Part shown: positions 48,686 through 61,205 of the stretch, piece after piece
Layout of the letters: each line of letters opens with the position of its first letter
Numbering within the stretch: the stretch's first letter is position 1
Origin: Octopus sinensis
Taxonomy: Eukaryota
Reading direction: 5' to 3'
Assembly (NCBI RefSeq): GCF_006345805.1
Contig: NC_042998.1
Location: forward strand, 41,416,001 to 41,480,000
Length of the DNA stretch: 64,000 nucleotides
The notes under the pieces: generated by a model
Seen by the model: only the letters and a program-made list of their open reading frames with translations
Database searches by the model: none
What the model was told of the DNA's origin: nothing
Translations under genes and position numbers: made by a program

Positions 48686-50196
48686 CTACACAGTATAAAC
48701 AATTTCCTTGGAAAATATTTATGAAAGTCAAGTCAACAGGGTGTCTCTGAGTGGTTACTCTACTTGCTAGGAATAACAGTCATGCTGCTTATTTCTACAA
48801 ACTGATCTTTCCAAGGCTTTGATTTTTATTACTTCTTGTTTGCTTATTTGTTAAATGTAGTGAATGAAGTCTACTATGTAGGTCTTTTGAGAGGCACAAG
48901 TCTTTTTTTTTTTTTTTTTTTTTCATATACTCTCCTTGAGAGAAAATTTCTATTTATTTTATATTCATCTACCCTATGCCAGTATAGCTTTCTCAATTGG
49001 ATATTGACATGTTAATTTGAAGATGTACTTCTGCAACTGGATAGCTTTCCTACCATTAATTAGCCAACCCTGAATTCTTATCCAGGAATTCCCACAAAGT
49101 TCATGATCACTGACAGCCCTTCCCTTATTGGCTAAATTGGAAAAAAGATTTTTTTTAATTATGAGTGGTAGCAACAGAAATATTTCAGATTGACATAATG
49201 AGGTGTAATGTATTACTCAGAAGCTGGGTAAAGCCGTTTGAACTCAGAATATTGTCACTAAAACAAAATAGTTAATAAAAGAAAAATAGATATTGATGTT
49301 TTTCAGAAAAGCTTGAGAAATTAACATCAAAATAACCTTATCTGGTCAATTGATGTGTGAAAATATTAATATTGATTATTGACCTGTCTCTTATCACACA
49401 GTTTTATTCATAAAGGTTTCACAAAAACATATTAAACCAAGTGTTTTGTTATTTTATTTTGTTTTCTTTTCTTTTTCTTTCATTTTTTTTCTTCTTGCTA
49501 TTAAAAACTTCCTAATTGTCTGGCTCTACATTTTTTTAGAAATGAATTTTGAAAAAACCCAAAATTACTACCATATTCTCCCAAAGTGTACAATTTTCAT
49601 TTCTATGGTTGTTTTATTCTTAAGGCTAATGCTAACATAAGATCACAGCTTTCTTTTGTAATAACAAAATGTATGGCAGCTGTTTTATCTTTGGGAAATA
49701 ATAACAGAATTCTTCAGTATATATTGATTTAGATTTTTCTTTTTTTCTTTTGTGAGAATTTTAACTGGAAACTTAACATGTAGCAGTTATTTCCTTGTAA
49801 AAAAAAATAGAGGAAAAGTAACAATACCTGTTGACCCCTTTACCTTAATACTTCAGGTTTTCAAAAATTTGCCTCGGCTTTTGAACACAAAATCCAAATT
49901 TACCTTGGAGAATTTTCTCGTTTTAGTTTCACTTTGGCTTACAATTTAACATCTCTTTCTCTCTCTCTCTCTCTCTCTTTTGTACATTACAAGTATAATC
50001 ATGAATGATAGCCAAATGACTGCAAGCAAATGTTAGTTTGTTTTTGTTCTTTAATGATGTTAGCTAAATTGTATACTAGATCTGGATAAAAAGATCTAAA
50101 ATACACCAGACATTGATTTTGATGTAGTAAATTTCTTGAGTATATATATTTGTAGCAAAAATGTGGTGGTAATTCAATAATTAATGATATGTAAAT

Positions 50197-50600
50197 GCAG
50201 GCGTGGCTGTATGCTTAAGAAGTTTGCTTCAGTCATGTACTTTTGGATTTAGTTTCCCTTCACAGCACTTTGAACATCTTCTATAGCCCTGACTAACAAA
50301 ATCCTTGTAAATGAATTACAATGTGGGAAACTGAAAAGAAGTTATTTGTATGTATGTATTTGCTTGCACATATGTACTTCTGTCTCCCTCTCTTGATGTC
50401 ACATGCCAATTGTAAGCAAACGTCACTGTCATACAAGCAGTGTTGTTTGTTTGCAATCTTTCATGAAAATATGTCTAGCCTTGGGAAAATATTACTTTGC
50501 TTGGAAACAGGTACAAGATGGCACCAAGAACATCATTCACCCATAGAAAATCTTGTTTGAGCCATGCAAGCATAGAAAATTGGGCATTAAAACAACAATG
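50197..50600 (+). mobile_element. Decayed tRNA-SINE, same family as 6287-6670
   Basis: gcaggcgtggctgtatgcttaagaagtttgctt...cttctatagccc...ccttgtaaatgaatt...gaaactgaaa...ttgcttggaaacagg...ccatgcaagcat. Confidence 0.7.
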
Positions 50601-51491
50601 AAGACAGCAACAATAATATCCACTTGAATCTTGTAAATTGAAAATCAGTTGAAGGATTTAGTGAAAAGTTCTGTAATAAGTCTAAAGAATAAGCACAGAA
50701 GTTTTTAATTACTTTTATAAGTTAAACATACCTAATACACTTTTAAACACCAGCTTTTAGGTTGTTTAACATTAATTATTTACAAGATGAATTTACTGCT
50801 AAAATTCATTTTTACCCTTTTTGATACAAGCCTGCCTGAAACTGTTCTTGTTTTATCGTAACCTTAAGATCTTCCATCGAAATTTCATATTAATTTATGA
50901 TCCAAACACTAAATTAATAATAATTTATTTTACTAAAATTCTTTATTACTTTCAAAATTAATTGAAACAATAATAGTGTATTTCAACAGAATATAGTAAG
51001 AAAAGAGTTAAACTACTAATAGAATAGAAAGAAAATATTTAGCTAAATTTATAGAATTTTTTTAAAACTAGAAATTAAATGACAACCAAGTGAAAACAAT
51101 ATCATGAAATGGACACTTTTTTTTTGTTTTTTGGGTTTTTTTTTTTTTCAATTTTGGTCAGATTAGTGCTTGAGATGAAATAACTTAAAGAGTATTTACT
51201 AAGATATACATTGTCAAAATTATCATATGCCAAACAAAGAAACTGATTGCATTTAAGTGTTCTGTCAGAAAACAGAGTAGAAAGTAAATTTAAAGTTTCA
51301 TTTAGTCATCAGGTTTTTGTCATATTTAAAAATTTAACAAATGTTACATTTATTATATTTTTAATATATTTATGATCTATATTCTTTGTTTTCTTGGTTC
51401 TTGAGGTTTTCTTAAATTCATTCTAATTTTAGTATTAGCTAAAACAATACTATTATCGTATCTGTCTGATGCCAATTATTTTCTGTTTTAG

Positions 51492-51648
51492 AGGGCGTTT
51501 GGAGAGTAATGCAGAACAATGGACACACTTGTTACTTCAACTACAAGACCTTACTAGTTGGATCACTCAACAGCAAAGAATGCTCATCTCCCAACAACCT
51601 GTTGGAGGAGATTTGCAATTGGTTCAACAGCAAAATGAAGAAAATCAG
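51492..51648 (+). CDS. DMD: Dystrophin-family exon (DMD exon 57 equivalent), (R)GRLESNAEQWTHLLLQLQDLTSWITQQQRMLISQQPVGGDLQLVQQQNEENQ
   Basis: Acceptor ttctgttttag|A completes the AG/A Arg codon from the previous exon; donor CAG|gtaaat; 157 nt. Spectrin-repeat Trp and PVGGD motif resemble human SHLEASSDQW...QAPIGGDFPAVQKQ. Overlaps ORF 51469..51672. Confidence 0.95.
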
Positions 51649-51757
51649 GTAAATATTTATAGCCATTCATAACTTCTGACTACAGCAAACATTTTCTGTT
51701 CATATATTATTTTCAGCATCATTTCTTACCTACTTCACATTTCATTAATTTCCCCAG

Positions 51758-51887
51758 AGATTGAGAGATCAGCTAGATTTAAAGCGTCCTGTAGTTGAAC
51801 AGAATCTTGAAGCAGGAAGGTATTACCTACGTGAAGAGGGTGAAGAAAGACGACTCAGTACAGATAGTTCAGAAAGTGTGGAGCTAG
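51758..51887 (+). CDS. DMD: Dystrophin-family exon (DMD exon 58 equivalent), RLRDQLDLKRPVVEQNLEAGRYYLREEGEERRLSTDSSESVEL
   Basis: Acceptor aatttccccag|AGA and donor CTAG|gtaaat; 130 nt, phase 0 in, phase 1 out; follows a 109-nt intron. Resembles human FKRELKTKEPVIMSTLETVRIFL. Overlaps ORF 51761..52081. Confidence 0.92.
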
Positions 51888-53190
51888 GTAAATATAACGA
51901 TTTTTTTTTTTCTTTTTTCAATTTGAAAATACTTGGTTTCACTTACACCCTTAAAAAATATGCATGCTGTCAATCTTCAGCTATCAACAATAAAATTACA
52001 TTTTCCAAATATATTAAACAAAAACCAAAATATAGTTTCCTGTTCCTATTTTACAGCAGAGGTATACAGATAATGGTCTGATGTATTTTGTTTTGTCTTT
52101 TCTATAAAGCAAATTTTTGATAGAATTTATATGATTAAAACATTTTTTCTGTATTATATTCAGAATAAGATAGTTATCTCAAAAATATATTAAAACTAAT
52201 TAGACCATTTCAGTATATTATGTTTGTTTAAGTATTCCTTTTGATCATTTGTTTTAGCAGTTTGTTTCTATACCCATTGATAAAGTCATCAAATTGAATT
52301 TAAGCACTTTCTTTGAATATGTGTGTTGATAGCCTTTATGATATTTTAATATGACTTTCAGAAGTTTTTTTTTTTATTTGATGTCCATGTGTTTTAGATA
52401 TTTAACTTTCCTGGGGAAAATAAATTCTTCATGCTGAGATTTTACTTTGATCCTCTATTCATTATGCTATAGGGAAAAGTGTTTATAAGGTAATTTATAG
52501 AAAGCTTTGTTCATGTTAGATGTAACTACTGTACCTTCATTATGGTGCTCTGTGTATCTAACAATTTCTGAAAGCAAAAAAGCTGGGAGGATGGGGGAAG
52601 GTCCTTTAAATGAAAGTGCCCAAAAGAGTTGAGTTATTCTCTAATTTTTCATTTATGGAATGAATAAAAAAAGACATTACTTGGTTGATATATACGTTTT
52701 AAGTGTAGCAGCTAGCTATGCTAATGATAGCATCAGTAACCAAATGTAGTAGTGGTAATGCTGATACTGCTGAAGCCTGGCATTAGTAACAATAGTTGTG
52801 TTGGTGTGATCATTATTGATGTTTTTTTTTTTCGTATTCTTAATTAGTCAAATGAGAAGAGAAAGCACCCATAAACTTTTCGAGGCCCTCTGCCTTGCAA
52901 ATTGTTATGACCAGTGCAACTGATGTTCACTTTGAACTTATGTGAGAAAACCATGAGCATGAGCAAATTCCAAGGGGTAGCAGCTATAGAAAGGCATAAT
53001 TGAGAAATGTGTTTATTTTGGTGGGTAAAACATGATAGAAGTTCCAAAAAGAAAAAAACTGGACTCATTAAATGAGTTTAAATGGAGGTGATAAGTAGCA
53101 TACTAATTCAGAGAAGTTGAAATCATTGTAGCAATTGAAGTAGAGATAGAAAGAAGAAATGATGGCATTATGTAAAAAAAAAAAAAACTT

Positions 53191-53447
53191 CAGCCCTGAT
53201 TAATTGCTGGCTCCCTACAAAGTTCAAATATGATCCACATGAGAGTATTGCTCACATAACTGAGATAGCAATAAAAGTGTGAAGCTGTTGCATGTTGGTA
53301 TATGAGTCTTTGTCAAACAGGTGGACTTCTTTGGGGTGTAGTCTAAATATCTGTGTTACAGCAGCACTGTCTCAGATATGTGAGCAATACACTTATGTGG
53401 ATCATACTTGAACTACTTTGTAGGGAGCCAGAAACTAATCAGGGTTG
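53191..53447. mobile_element. Fold-back / MITE-like element with ~80-bp imperfect terminal inverted repeats
   Basis: cagccctgattaattgctggctccctacaaag...gctcacataactgagatag (53191-53268) versus ctgtctcagatatgtgagc...ctttgtagggagccagaaactaatcagggttg (53367-53447). Confidence 0.75.
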
Positions 53448-55148
53448 GAGAGGGTTTTTTTTTGGTTTTTTTTTTCTAAGAAGGAAGATTAACCATTGAT
53501 ACAAAATGTAGAAATGTGTGAGACTGTCAGAGTTGTCCTTGTAATTCATTCTGATTGACTATGTTCCTAGCCTAAGAACAATTAATTAGATCCTTGGCAG
53601 CCTTGTATTTAATGAACTCAATAAAATATCTACTCTCTGACTGTTTAACCCAGTATATGACTTGTAATTATTATATAGACACCAGAAGGCTTAAAAGATG
53701 TGTGAATTATTTTTGGTAATATCAAATCCAGTGTTTCATTCTGTGAAACTGATTTTTATAATCCAAATTTATACTTGACCACTAAGTTATTACCACACCT
53801 TTAAACTCCCAGTTGTGAATAGAGCATCTATTGTTAGGTATGCTTCTCAGAGAATTTAATATTTCATGAATTACTTCAAAGAAACATAAGTAGGTCAGGT
53901 ATTTATTTGGATTTATTTATAAATACCTTTCGTGGAATAAGCAATATTAAAGACAAGATGATTACTATAATGGTCATCATGCTATTGTTATTAATGACTG
54001 CTACAGTTGTTATGGCAATGATGAAGCATTCCTACTCCTCCAAGTTTCAGGGGTATGTTGTTCCTGCATATAATGACCACTTTGAGACTACATAATTATA
54101 TCATTAAGTTCCTTTCTAATCAGTCCATTTCATTTCCTGTTTAAAAATTTCTCCCCATCCATCTATTGGATTGATCAGAATTACTTCTTATGACTTCCGG
54201 TGATAATAATTGCAAATGGCTGCTGAGAATAAATATGCTTCTCTTTTTCACCTGTTCTACCCCACATCTAACAATGGATCTAGAAGAGATATGTGTGCAT
54301 CAGTATAAATATAATGACAATATTTCATTATCTGCTGGCAACCTGTGAGTTTATTCAAGTAGCTAGTTATAGAAGTAATATGAAAAGAAAAAATGTTTCA
54401 CTAAAAGGAAGTGGAAGATGGAATTGTATAAAGCTCATGCTTTTCTCTTGGGCATTAGCAGATGCATTAAGATGAGATTTTTATTCATTCAATTTTAATT
54501 AACATCAGTACAAACTACTATGAGCTAACAATGAAACCTCTAAATGGTCACTCGACTTATGAGAGAGAGCAGTCTAACTTCCATCAAATTGTCTTTAAAA
54601 ATAGAAAACAAAAAGAGAAAAGATAACATATAACTAGTTACATTATACTTGCAAAAAAAAAAGAAAGAAAAGAGAGGCTAAATGGTCAATACTAGAATGC
54701 TATCATAGACTTGTTCAGTTAGAACAAATGTATGACTGAATACAGGTTGAATGGCAACAGTAATACCATAATTACATAACTGTTATCAAACGGTTAATGA
54801 ATACATGCATGACTATGTGATTAAGATGTTTGCTTTGCAACCACACAAATTTGGGTTCACTCCCACTGTGCAATGTCTCCTGCTTTAGCTCTAGACTAAC
54901 TAATACCTTGAGAAGAAAATTGGTAGACAGAATCTATGAAGACCCATTGTGTGTGTGTGTATATGAAATCATTTTAATGGTGGAGGTCCATAAAGCCATT
55001 ATTATGCCATATAGAATATTGAGTTTGAAAACCCATGGATAGAAAAAGGTTGAAGGCCGTCTGTGGGACACAAACCCACATCTTCTGTAGTTATGACAGA
55101 TGTGCTACCATCCATGTGATTTTTTAACCCAATATTATACATGCTATT

Positions 55149-55365
55149 GGCAGTGAGCTGGCAGAAACATCAGCACACTGGGAGAAATGCTTAGCAGTAT
55201 TTCATCTGTAATTATGTTCTGAGTTCAAATTCCGCTGAGGTTGACTTTGCTTTTCACTCTTTTGGGCATCACTAAATTATGTACCTGTTGCATACTGGGG
55301 TCGATGTAATCGACTGGCCCCCTCCCAAAAAATTTTGGGCCTTATGCTTAGAGTAGAAAAGAATA
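55149..55365 (+). mobile_element. Meta-like tRNA-SINE
   Basis: ggcagtgagctggcagaa...ttctgagttcaaattccgctgaggttgactttgcttttcac...tactggggtcgatgtaatcgact. Confidence 0.8.
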
Positions 55366-56439
55366 TTACACATGCTATTATGTATGGTTTTATCTATTTC
55401 AAGTTTCACCATTAAAGCAATTTTGTTCATATCTCTCAAAGTTTGTGAAAGGAAAAAATTCATACACACACATTTTATACAAGACTGGTGCTATGCACTT
55501 GGCAAATAAAGGGATTTGAGTGCTAAAATTTGGAGATGCCACATAAATTTGAGAATCTGGAGAAAACTTAGAGAAAATTTCTTAATCCTAATAAAAATAT
55601 ACAAACTTGGTAACATAAAGTGTAGGTTAGATCACTTCTAGAACAATATTTTAAAAGTAAGAGAAAATTGAGCCATCTCCAACTGAACTATTGTTAAAAA
55701 AAAAAAGCTATTGCTGTATCCAGGCTGTATTCATGAAATGGTTGGAACTGGGAAAGTGTGATACACATTGTAGGGTTGACGACCTGTGCTGAATAGCCTG
55801 GGGTTGCCTCATTAAATGTATGTGTTTCCAAAAGAGAAAGAGAGGGCATGTGTGCACAACATGTCTTCGTTAGCACCATTAGTAAAAAATGGTGACAGCA
55901 TACTTTCCTGTAGTTCAGCAGATGTATGAAAATTGGTGGAATGGGAGGAAAACAAAAAAGCTTACTTGAAAAATAAGTAAAGGTATATGTGTGTACATCT
56001 GGGTATTTGCTAAAAGATTATGAAATTAATAAGAACCAAATGGCATGTAGGAAATTCCATTGCACTTGGGAGCTGTCCATGTTCAATAACAAGGAAGGCA
56101 TATATAGGAACTCAAAATTTTATATATATTTATACTCAATACCAGCAATGCATCTGAAAAAAACAAATGTTCAGTAAAATCTCTTTCAGACTGATTAAGA
56201 ATTAAGGTTTCAGGCATAATAGATGCACAGAAGTTAACAGTTAGAATAAAATGAAATCTTTAATTATTTAGACTTCTAAGATGTAGTTGCTAGATTCTGT
56301 TGTTTAGTTGATCTAATTATTGGTATTGGAGTGGATGTAGTGAATGCATTGTAGTTGAGATAAGAAGTGAACTAGTTCAGCAAACTATTGACTGATAGTA
56401 TCAAAATATTTCTCTTCATGCTAAAAGCTGACTCTAAAG

Positions 56440-56830
56440 CATGTTTAAGAAATGTATTGCAACATGGCTGTGAGATATGGCATTGAATACAGAAGATATG
56501 TGGTGTCTAGAGAAAAATGGGGTCAGCATTCTCTATTGGATGTTTATTGCTAATGTACATGAAAGGTAGACAAAAAACAAGTGAAATGACAGAATGGTTC
56601 AATATTAATAGTTTCGGCCCAAATGTACAAAGAAGACTGTTATTCTAGTGTGAATATGTGATTCAAATGGACAACTATTATTGGGTGAAAAAATGCTTAT
56701 GAAATCGGAGTATGTTATCAGTATTGGTGATGTCAGATCTCAGGAAACTGGTCCTTGAAGAGATTACAAAAGACTGAGACAGTTTGTAGCATACTGTCTG
56801 CTAGCATGAAAAAGAGCATCAAAATGTTGA
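56440..56830 (+). mobile_element. Old RTE LINE 3' fragment
   Basis: catggctgtgagatatgg...gaagatatg...ctagagaaaaatg...agcattctctattggatg parallels the HGSET...EDM.RLEKNEASMLRW segment of the 47540 copy. Confidence 0.55.
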
Positions 56831-59747
56831 TGACTATATTGTATTTTTGCTATTTTTTATCTGTTAGCCTGATAGTTCTCTGGACAGTAATTAATGTAAC
56901 ATTGTTTGAAGCCTGAAATTATTCAATACTGTCTGTTGGTGCCGTTTTTATTTAATGGTAAATCAATAACTATGATCATCAGGTGGCTATCTTAACAGTG
57001 GAATATCACAAAGATGAACACATATTTACCGAAGGGGTTAGAATAAAGATAAGAAACAACAAAGAGAAGTGGGGAGAGCAATAAAAGTCAAGTGAGGAGT
57101 AAGTTGATAAATATAGAGGAAGGAAGAATAAAATTAATAGGCACTAAATGAGATAGAAGGATGAAGAGAGGAAGATTAAAAGGAAGAGATAGAAAGTGGG
57201 TTAGAGAAAGCGCAATAAGACAGTCAAAAGTATTGATCAAAAAGGAATTAGGTAAACCATGAGAGATTGATTGAAAAACAGAAAAATTCAAAGTAAAAAA
57301 TAAATAGTAAATTGTTTTGAACCTGACTTTGATGACTCATGCAACGTGCTCTTTTTTCTTTATTTCCTCCTCTTTCTACAATATTAACATCACATTCATC
57401 TACCCTGTTTATAACTCCTTTTCTTTATTATTTTTTTTCTCCTGTTTCTCCTGCAGCTATTACTATCCCTATTCTGTTACAGAGATTTGTCATATTCTTA
57501 AGCTATTTTGTTTTAGTGAATCTATGAGGAACTCTTCTGGTTTTCTGATACCTTAAAGCTTATTCTAAATATGCTCATTTCACTAATCTTTTCTACAGTG
57601 ATAATTTTGTAATAATCCAATTTGCTGTCCCTTTATTCACTAAAATTATAATTATATCTATTAATATAAAAGAACTTGCATCTAATAGAACTATTTATAC
57701 ATGAAATAATCAATTTGTGCATTTATCTATTCTTGTTTGCTTGCTTAAACCAATATGTAAAAGCTGTTATGAATATTAAATATTTTATATTCAAAAATGT
57801 ATTATTTTATAATTTCTAAGCTTCTGATAATTTAGAAATAAAAATTCTAGTCACATTTTTATTTAGACTTAACCATACTGTACTATATAACTATACAAGT
57901 AACCATATTCTTCTGGATTTTTTTTTATTATTTAGCTATTAGACAATAATAGAGGTATTAATTCATTTTGAAAAGGTTTATAAAAATACTAATTTAAAAA
58001 ATATGACAGGCATAATGAAAAAACACATAAATATCCAAACATTCATATCCACCTGTACATTCTGGAGTGAAAGACATTCGTAAAATGTATATATGCAGCA
58101 GCAAGGGCCAAATAAAATTTTATAGTTGTATTGTGAGGAAAATATGCATAAATATTGCAAAGCATACATCATCTAAATTAGCTAGAATGTAGTGGTATTT
58201 TTTAAAAAATAAATTAATATTGTTGTCTTATTGGGAATCAACTGATAAAATGACTACTTTAGTGTGAGCACCATATGTACATGAGCTTTGGCAATGATTA
58301 AATTCAACACTTTTGCAATACAACTGCATAATTTGTAAGATCTGAGGAGCAGGAATAGCCGTAGATGTATAAAACTTGTAGCATATAGATAGATAAAGAC
58401 TCCTTGATTACCCTACCACACTTTTTTTTTATGTGATTTTACAAAAATGGTACTGTTCCATATTTGTGAGCAAAGCAATATTCTGAAGGATATATTTTGT
58501 GCCTTAGAAAGGGCCACCATCTATTCAGGTCTAAAGTGGTTTTGGTACTTGTAGAGAAACTTTTGCTTTCAGAGAGCAGTTTTACTATTTTACTAATATG
58601 TAGTTTGCATAAATTTATCATTCATAGAGATTATAAAGATTCAAGTTGTCTTGTTCTTCATGAAAGATACTTTAAAAGAATTAGTACATCAGTGAGCTTG
58701 TCTCAGTTGCATGTGAATTACACCAGTTTATGAAAGGTTTGATACCATCTTCATAAGCCTCTGTGTGTGTGTGTGTGTGTGTGTGTATTTAGAAGCACAG
58801 TGAACTCACAACTACTATCAATGTAGAAAAAGAAGAGTATTGCAGAAATAAGTGAACCCTGAGACATACTCAAGTTGATAAATTGGGACTTGAATGGAGT
58901 TCATCAGCAAAAACTGCAATGGAGTGAGCTGACAGAGAACTTTCATTTCATATAATGAGACAAGGGTAATGCCATAGACAGACAGCCTTTCTAAGTTCTT
59001 TGCAAGACTCAGTTGAAGGCTTACAACATTGCTTTTGAAAAAGTTCTCAAAGGCAAGAAACTACTGATATGTGGTGCAGAATATTGAGTATCTAGTAGCT
59101 ATGGCACTCCAAAAATCATATTGGTGATTATTGAGAAGAAAAAGTAGCTTGATTTGATAAATGAGACTATTACTTGAGATTGTTTCCAGTACATTTGAGA
59201 TGTTGAAAGTAACTGAAGGTTGGAGATTATCTACCTGAAGGGAAACACTGTTGTATGTTTAAATAGATTGTATACAGAAACTGTATGCAAATATTGCACA
59301 CAATAACCTTATACATAGTTTGAACTGTTTTCATGACTCAGTCATCCACATCTAATTTTCTCAGTACTCACCTATCTACAGAGCAGGGGACTCTATCAAA
59401 TACTTTTCTTGATTAACAAATTCAAAACAGTTGTTTCTTTAACTAAAAACACTTGTTTGATGTATGCGAATCCACATATTGATATAAAACTAAACTGCAT
59501 GTTATCCAACTTGGCTTATACTAAACCCACCCCTTTATTGTGACTCTACTTTTTTAACCTTGTCTATCAACCTGAAGTCTCTGCAATTCCCATCTGTAAT
59601 GCATCTCTTGTAATTTCATGGCAGTTTAAACTGTTACTACTATTCTAGTTATTATTAGTTATTATAGGTTATTCAAGTTATTAAGATTAGCACTCTGCTT
59701 AACACTTAATTATCTATATTAATATTTCACTTACATAAGAATCATTA

Positions 59748-59935
59748 CCATGCTGGGCAAAATGCTTAATGGCATTTTGTCTGTCTTTACATTCTGAGTT
59801 CAAATGCCACCAGGGCCAACTTTGTCTTTCATCCTTTCGGAGTTGATAAAATAAGTACCAGTTGAGCACTGAAGTCGATGTGATCAACTAGACCCTACCT
59901 CCACCAAATTTGCTTGCCTTGTGCTAAAACTTGCA
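59748..59935 (+). mobile_element. Meta-like tRNA-SINE (5'-truncated)
   Basis: ctgggcaaaatgcttaatggcatttt...ttctgagttcaaat...ctttcatcctttcggagttgataaaataagtaccag. Confidence 0.8.
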
Positions 59936-60258
59936 TGTAACCCACTATTTGTTACCAGCAACTGTCCATTCATCTTTTTGAAGCTCTCAGACAAAGAAAT
60001 ATATAGTGAAAGGATTTTCAATTTCCGCATCTCCCTTTTACATCTACATGGCTGTAACTCATCGAAGCAGTTCTTCAAATGAAATCTCTTTTTTTTTTTT
60101 CTTTCCTTTACCTTTGTAACTCCCAGCAAATAAATGGTTACATGAGGTCCATTTTATTGTTGGTTGCTTGCTATCTTATTGGCAGTGACTTCTAATGAAA
60201 AGAAAAATAAATGTTATTGCATGTAAATGTCATTACACTAATACTTTTTATTTTACAG

Positions 60259-60416
60259 ATGTCGAAGGGTTAACTGCTTTAGATATGTCACCTGAAAGAG
60301 AGGCACATTACCTGATCCGGAAGATTCGAAGACAAGTGAGATTAGTCAATCGCAAATGGGCAGAAATTAATCAAAGTTGCAATGAATGGCAATCACAAAT
60401 TGATGAAGTCCTTGAG
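60259..60416 (+). CDS. DMD: Dystrophin-family exon (5' part of DMD exon 59 equivalent), (D)VEGLTALDMSPEREAHYLIRKIRRQVRLVNRKWAEINQSCNEWQSQIDEVLE
   Basis: Acceptor ctttttattttacag|AT completes the G/AT Asp codon; donor GAG|gtaaga; 158 nt. Resembles human LPPEERAQNVTRLLRKQAEEVNTEWEKL...DWQRKIDETLE. Overlaps ORF 60195..60425. Confidence 0.94.
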
Positions 60417-60571
60417 GTAAGATAAACATCTTTTACTGTTGTTTTCTACTTCTGCTTACAGTTAAGCCACTTTAAGCAGAATAAGTGAATATAAAGATTG
60501 TTCTATATGCATCTAGGGATCTCTGAGATTGTACCTGTGTGTTACATTAACATATATATATATACACGCGT

Positions 60572-60572
<1 letters not shown>

Positions 60573-60617
<45 letters not shown>
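60573..60617. repeat. (CA)n microsatellite
   Basis: Read directly; about 155 nt downstream of the exon donor. Confidence 0.95.
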
Positions 60618-60799
60618 CTGTCTGTCTATTTGTCTCTATCTATCTGTCTGTCTATCTATCCATCCCAAAGAATTCTATGTTGTCAGTGCATATTTCCAAT
60701 GGCTTCACTTTCAGTTTATGCATACAGCGAGCAACCCTAACTCTCTTTGTTTTTACTATGCTTTGTGTGTGTGTGTGTTTCTTAATATGTGTGAATATG

Positions 60800-61205
60800 C
60801 ATTGGGCAGTGTCTTCTGCTGTAACCCAGGTTGATTAATGCCTTGTGAGTGAGTTTGCTAGATAATGAAAACTTGTTGAATAAAAAATACCTTCTAAAAC
60901 ATGTAAGGGTTGGTATCAGAAAGAGCAGCCAGCTGTAAAATCCTGCTTCAAATACATCTCTGCTCAACCTACAGTTCCATGGAAAGCTGGACATTAAAGA
61001 AGTGACCTCACTAGAGATGGTGACATGGAGTGGCACCCAGTGCACTCTACAGAGTGCACTGTTGTTGGCATTAGGAAAGGTGTTCATCTGTCGAAACCAT
61101 GCCAAAACAGACATTGATACTCAATGACTTATCAGATCTTCTCAAACTGTCCAACCCATGCCAGTATGGAATGTGGACAATAACTGATGATAACAATGAT
61201 GATAC
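60800..61205 (+). mobile_element. Nin-like SINE fragment followed by an RTE-tail repeat
   Basis: gtgtcttctgctgtaacc...gccttgtgagtgagtttg, then ttggcattaggaaagg...gaaaccatgccaaaacagac...ccaacccatgccagtatgga. Confidence 0.7.
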
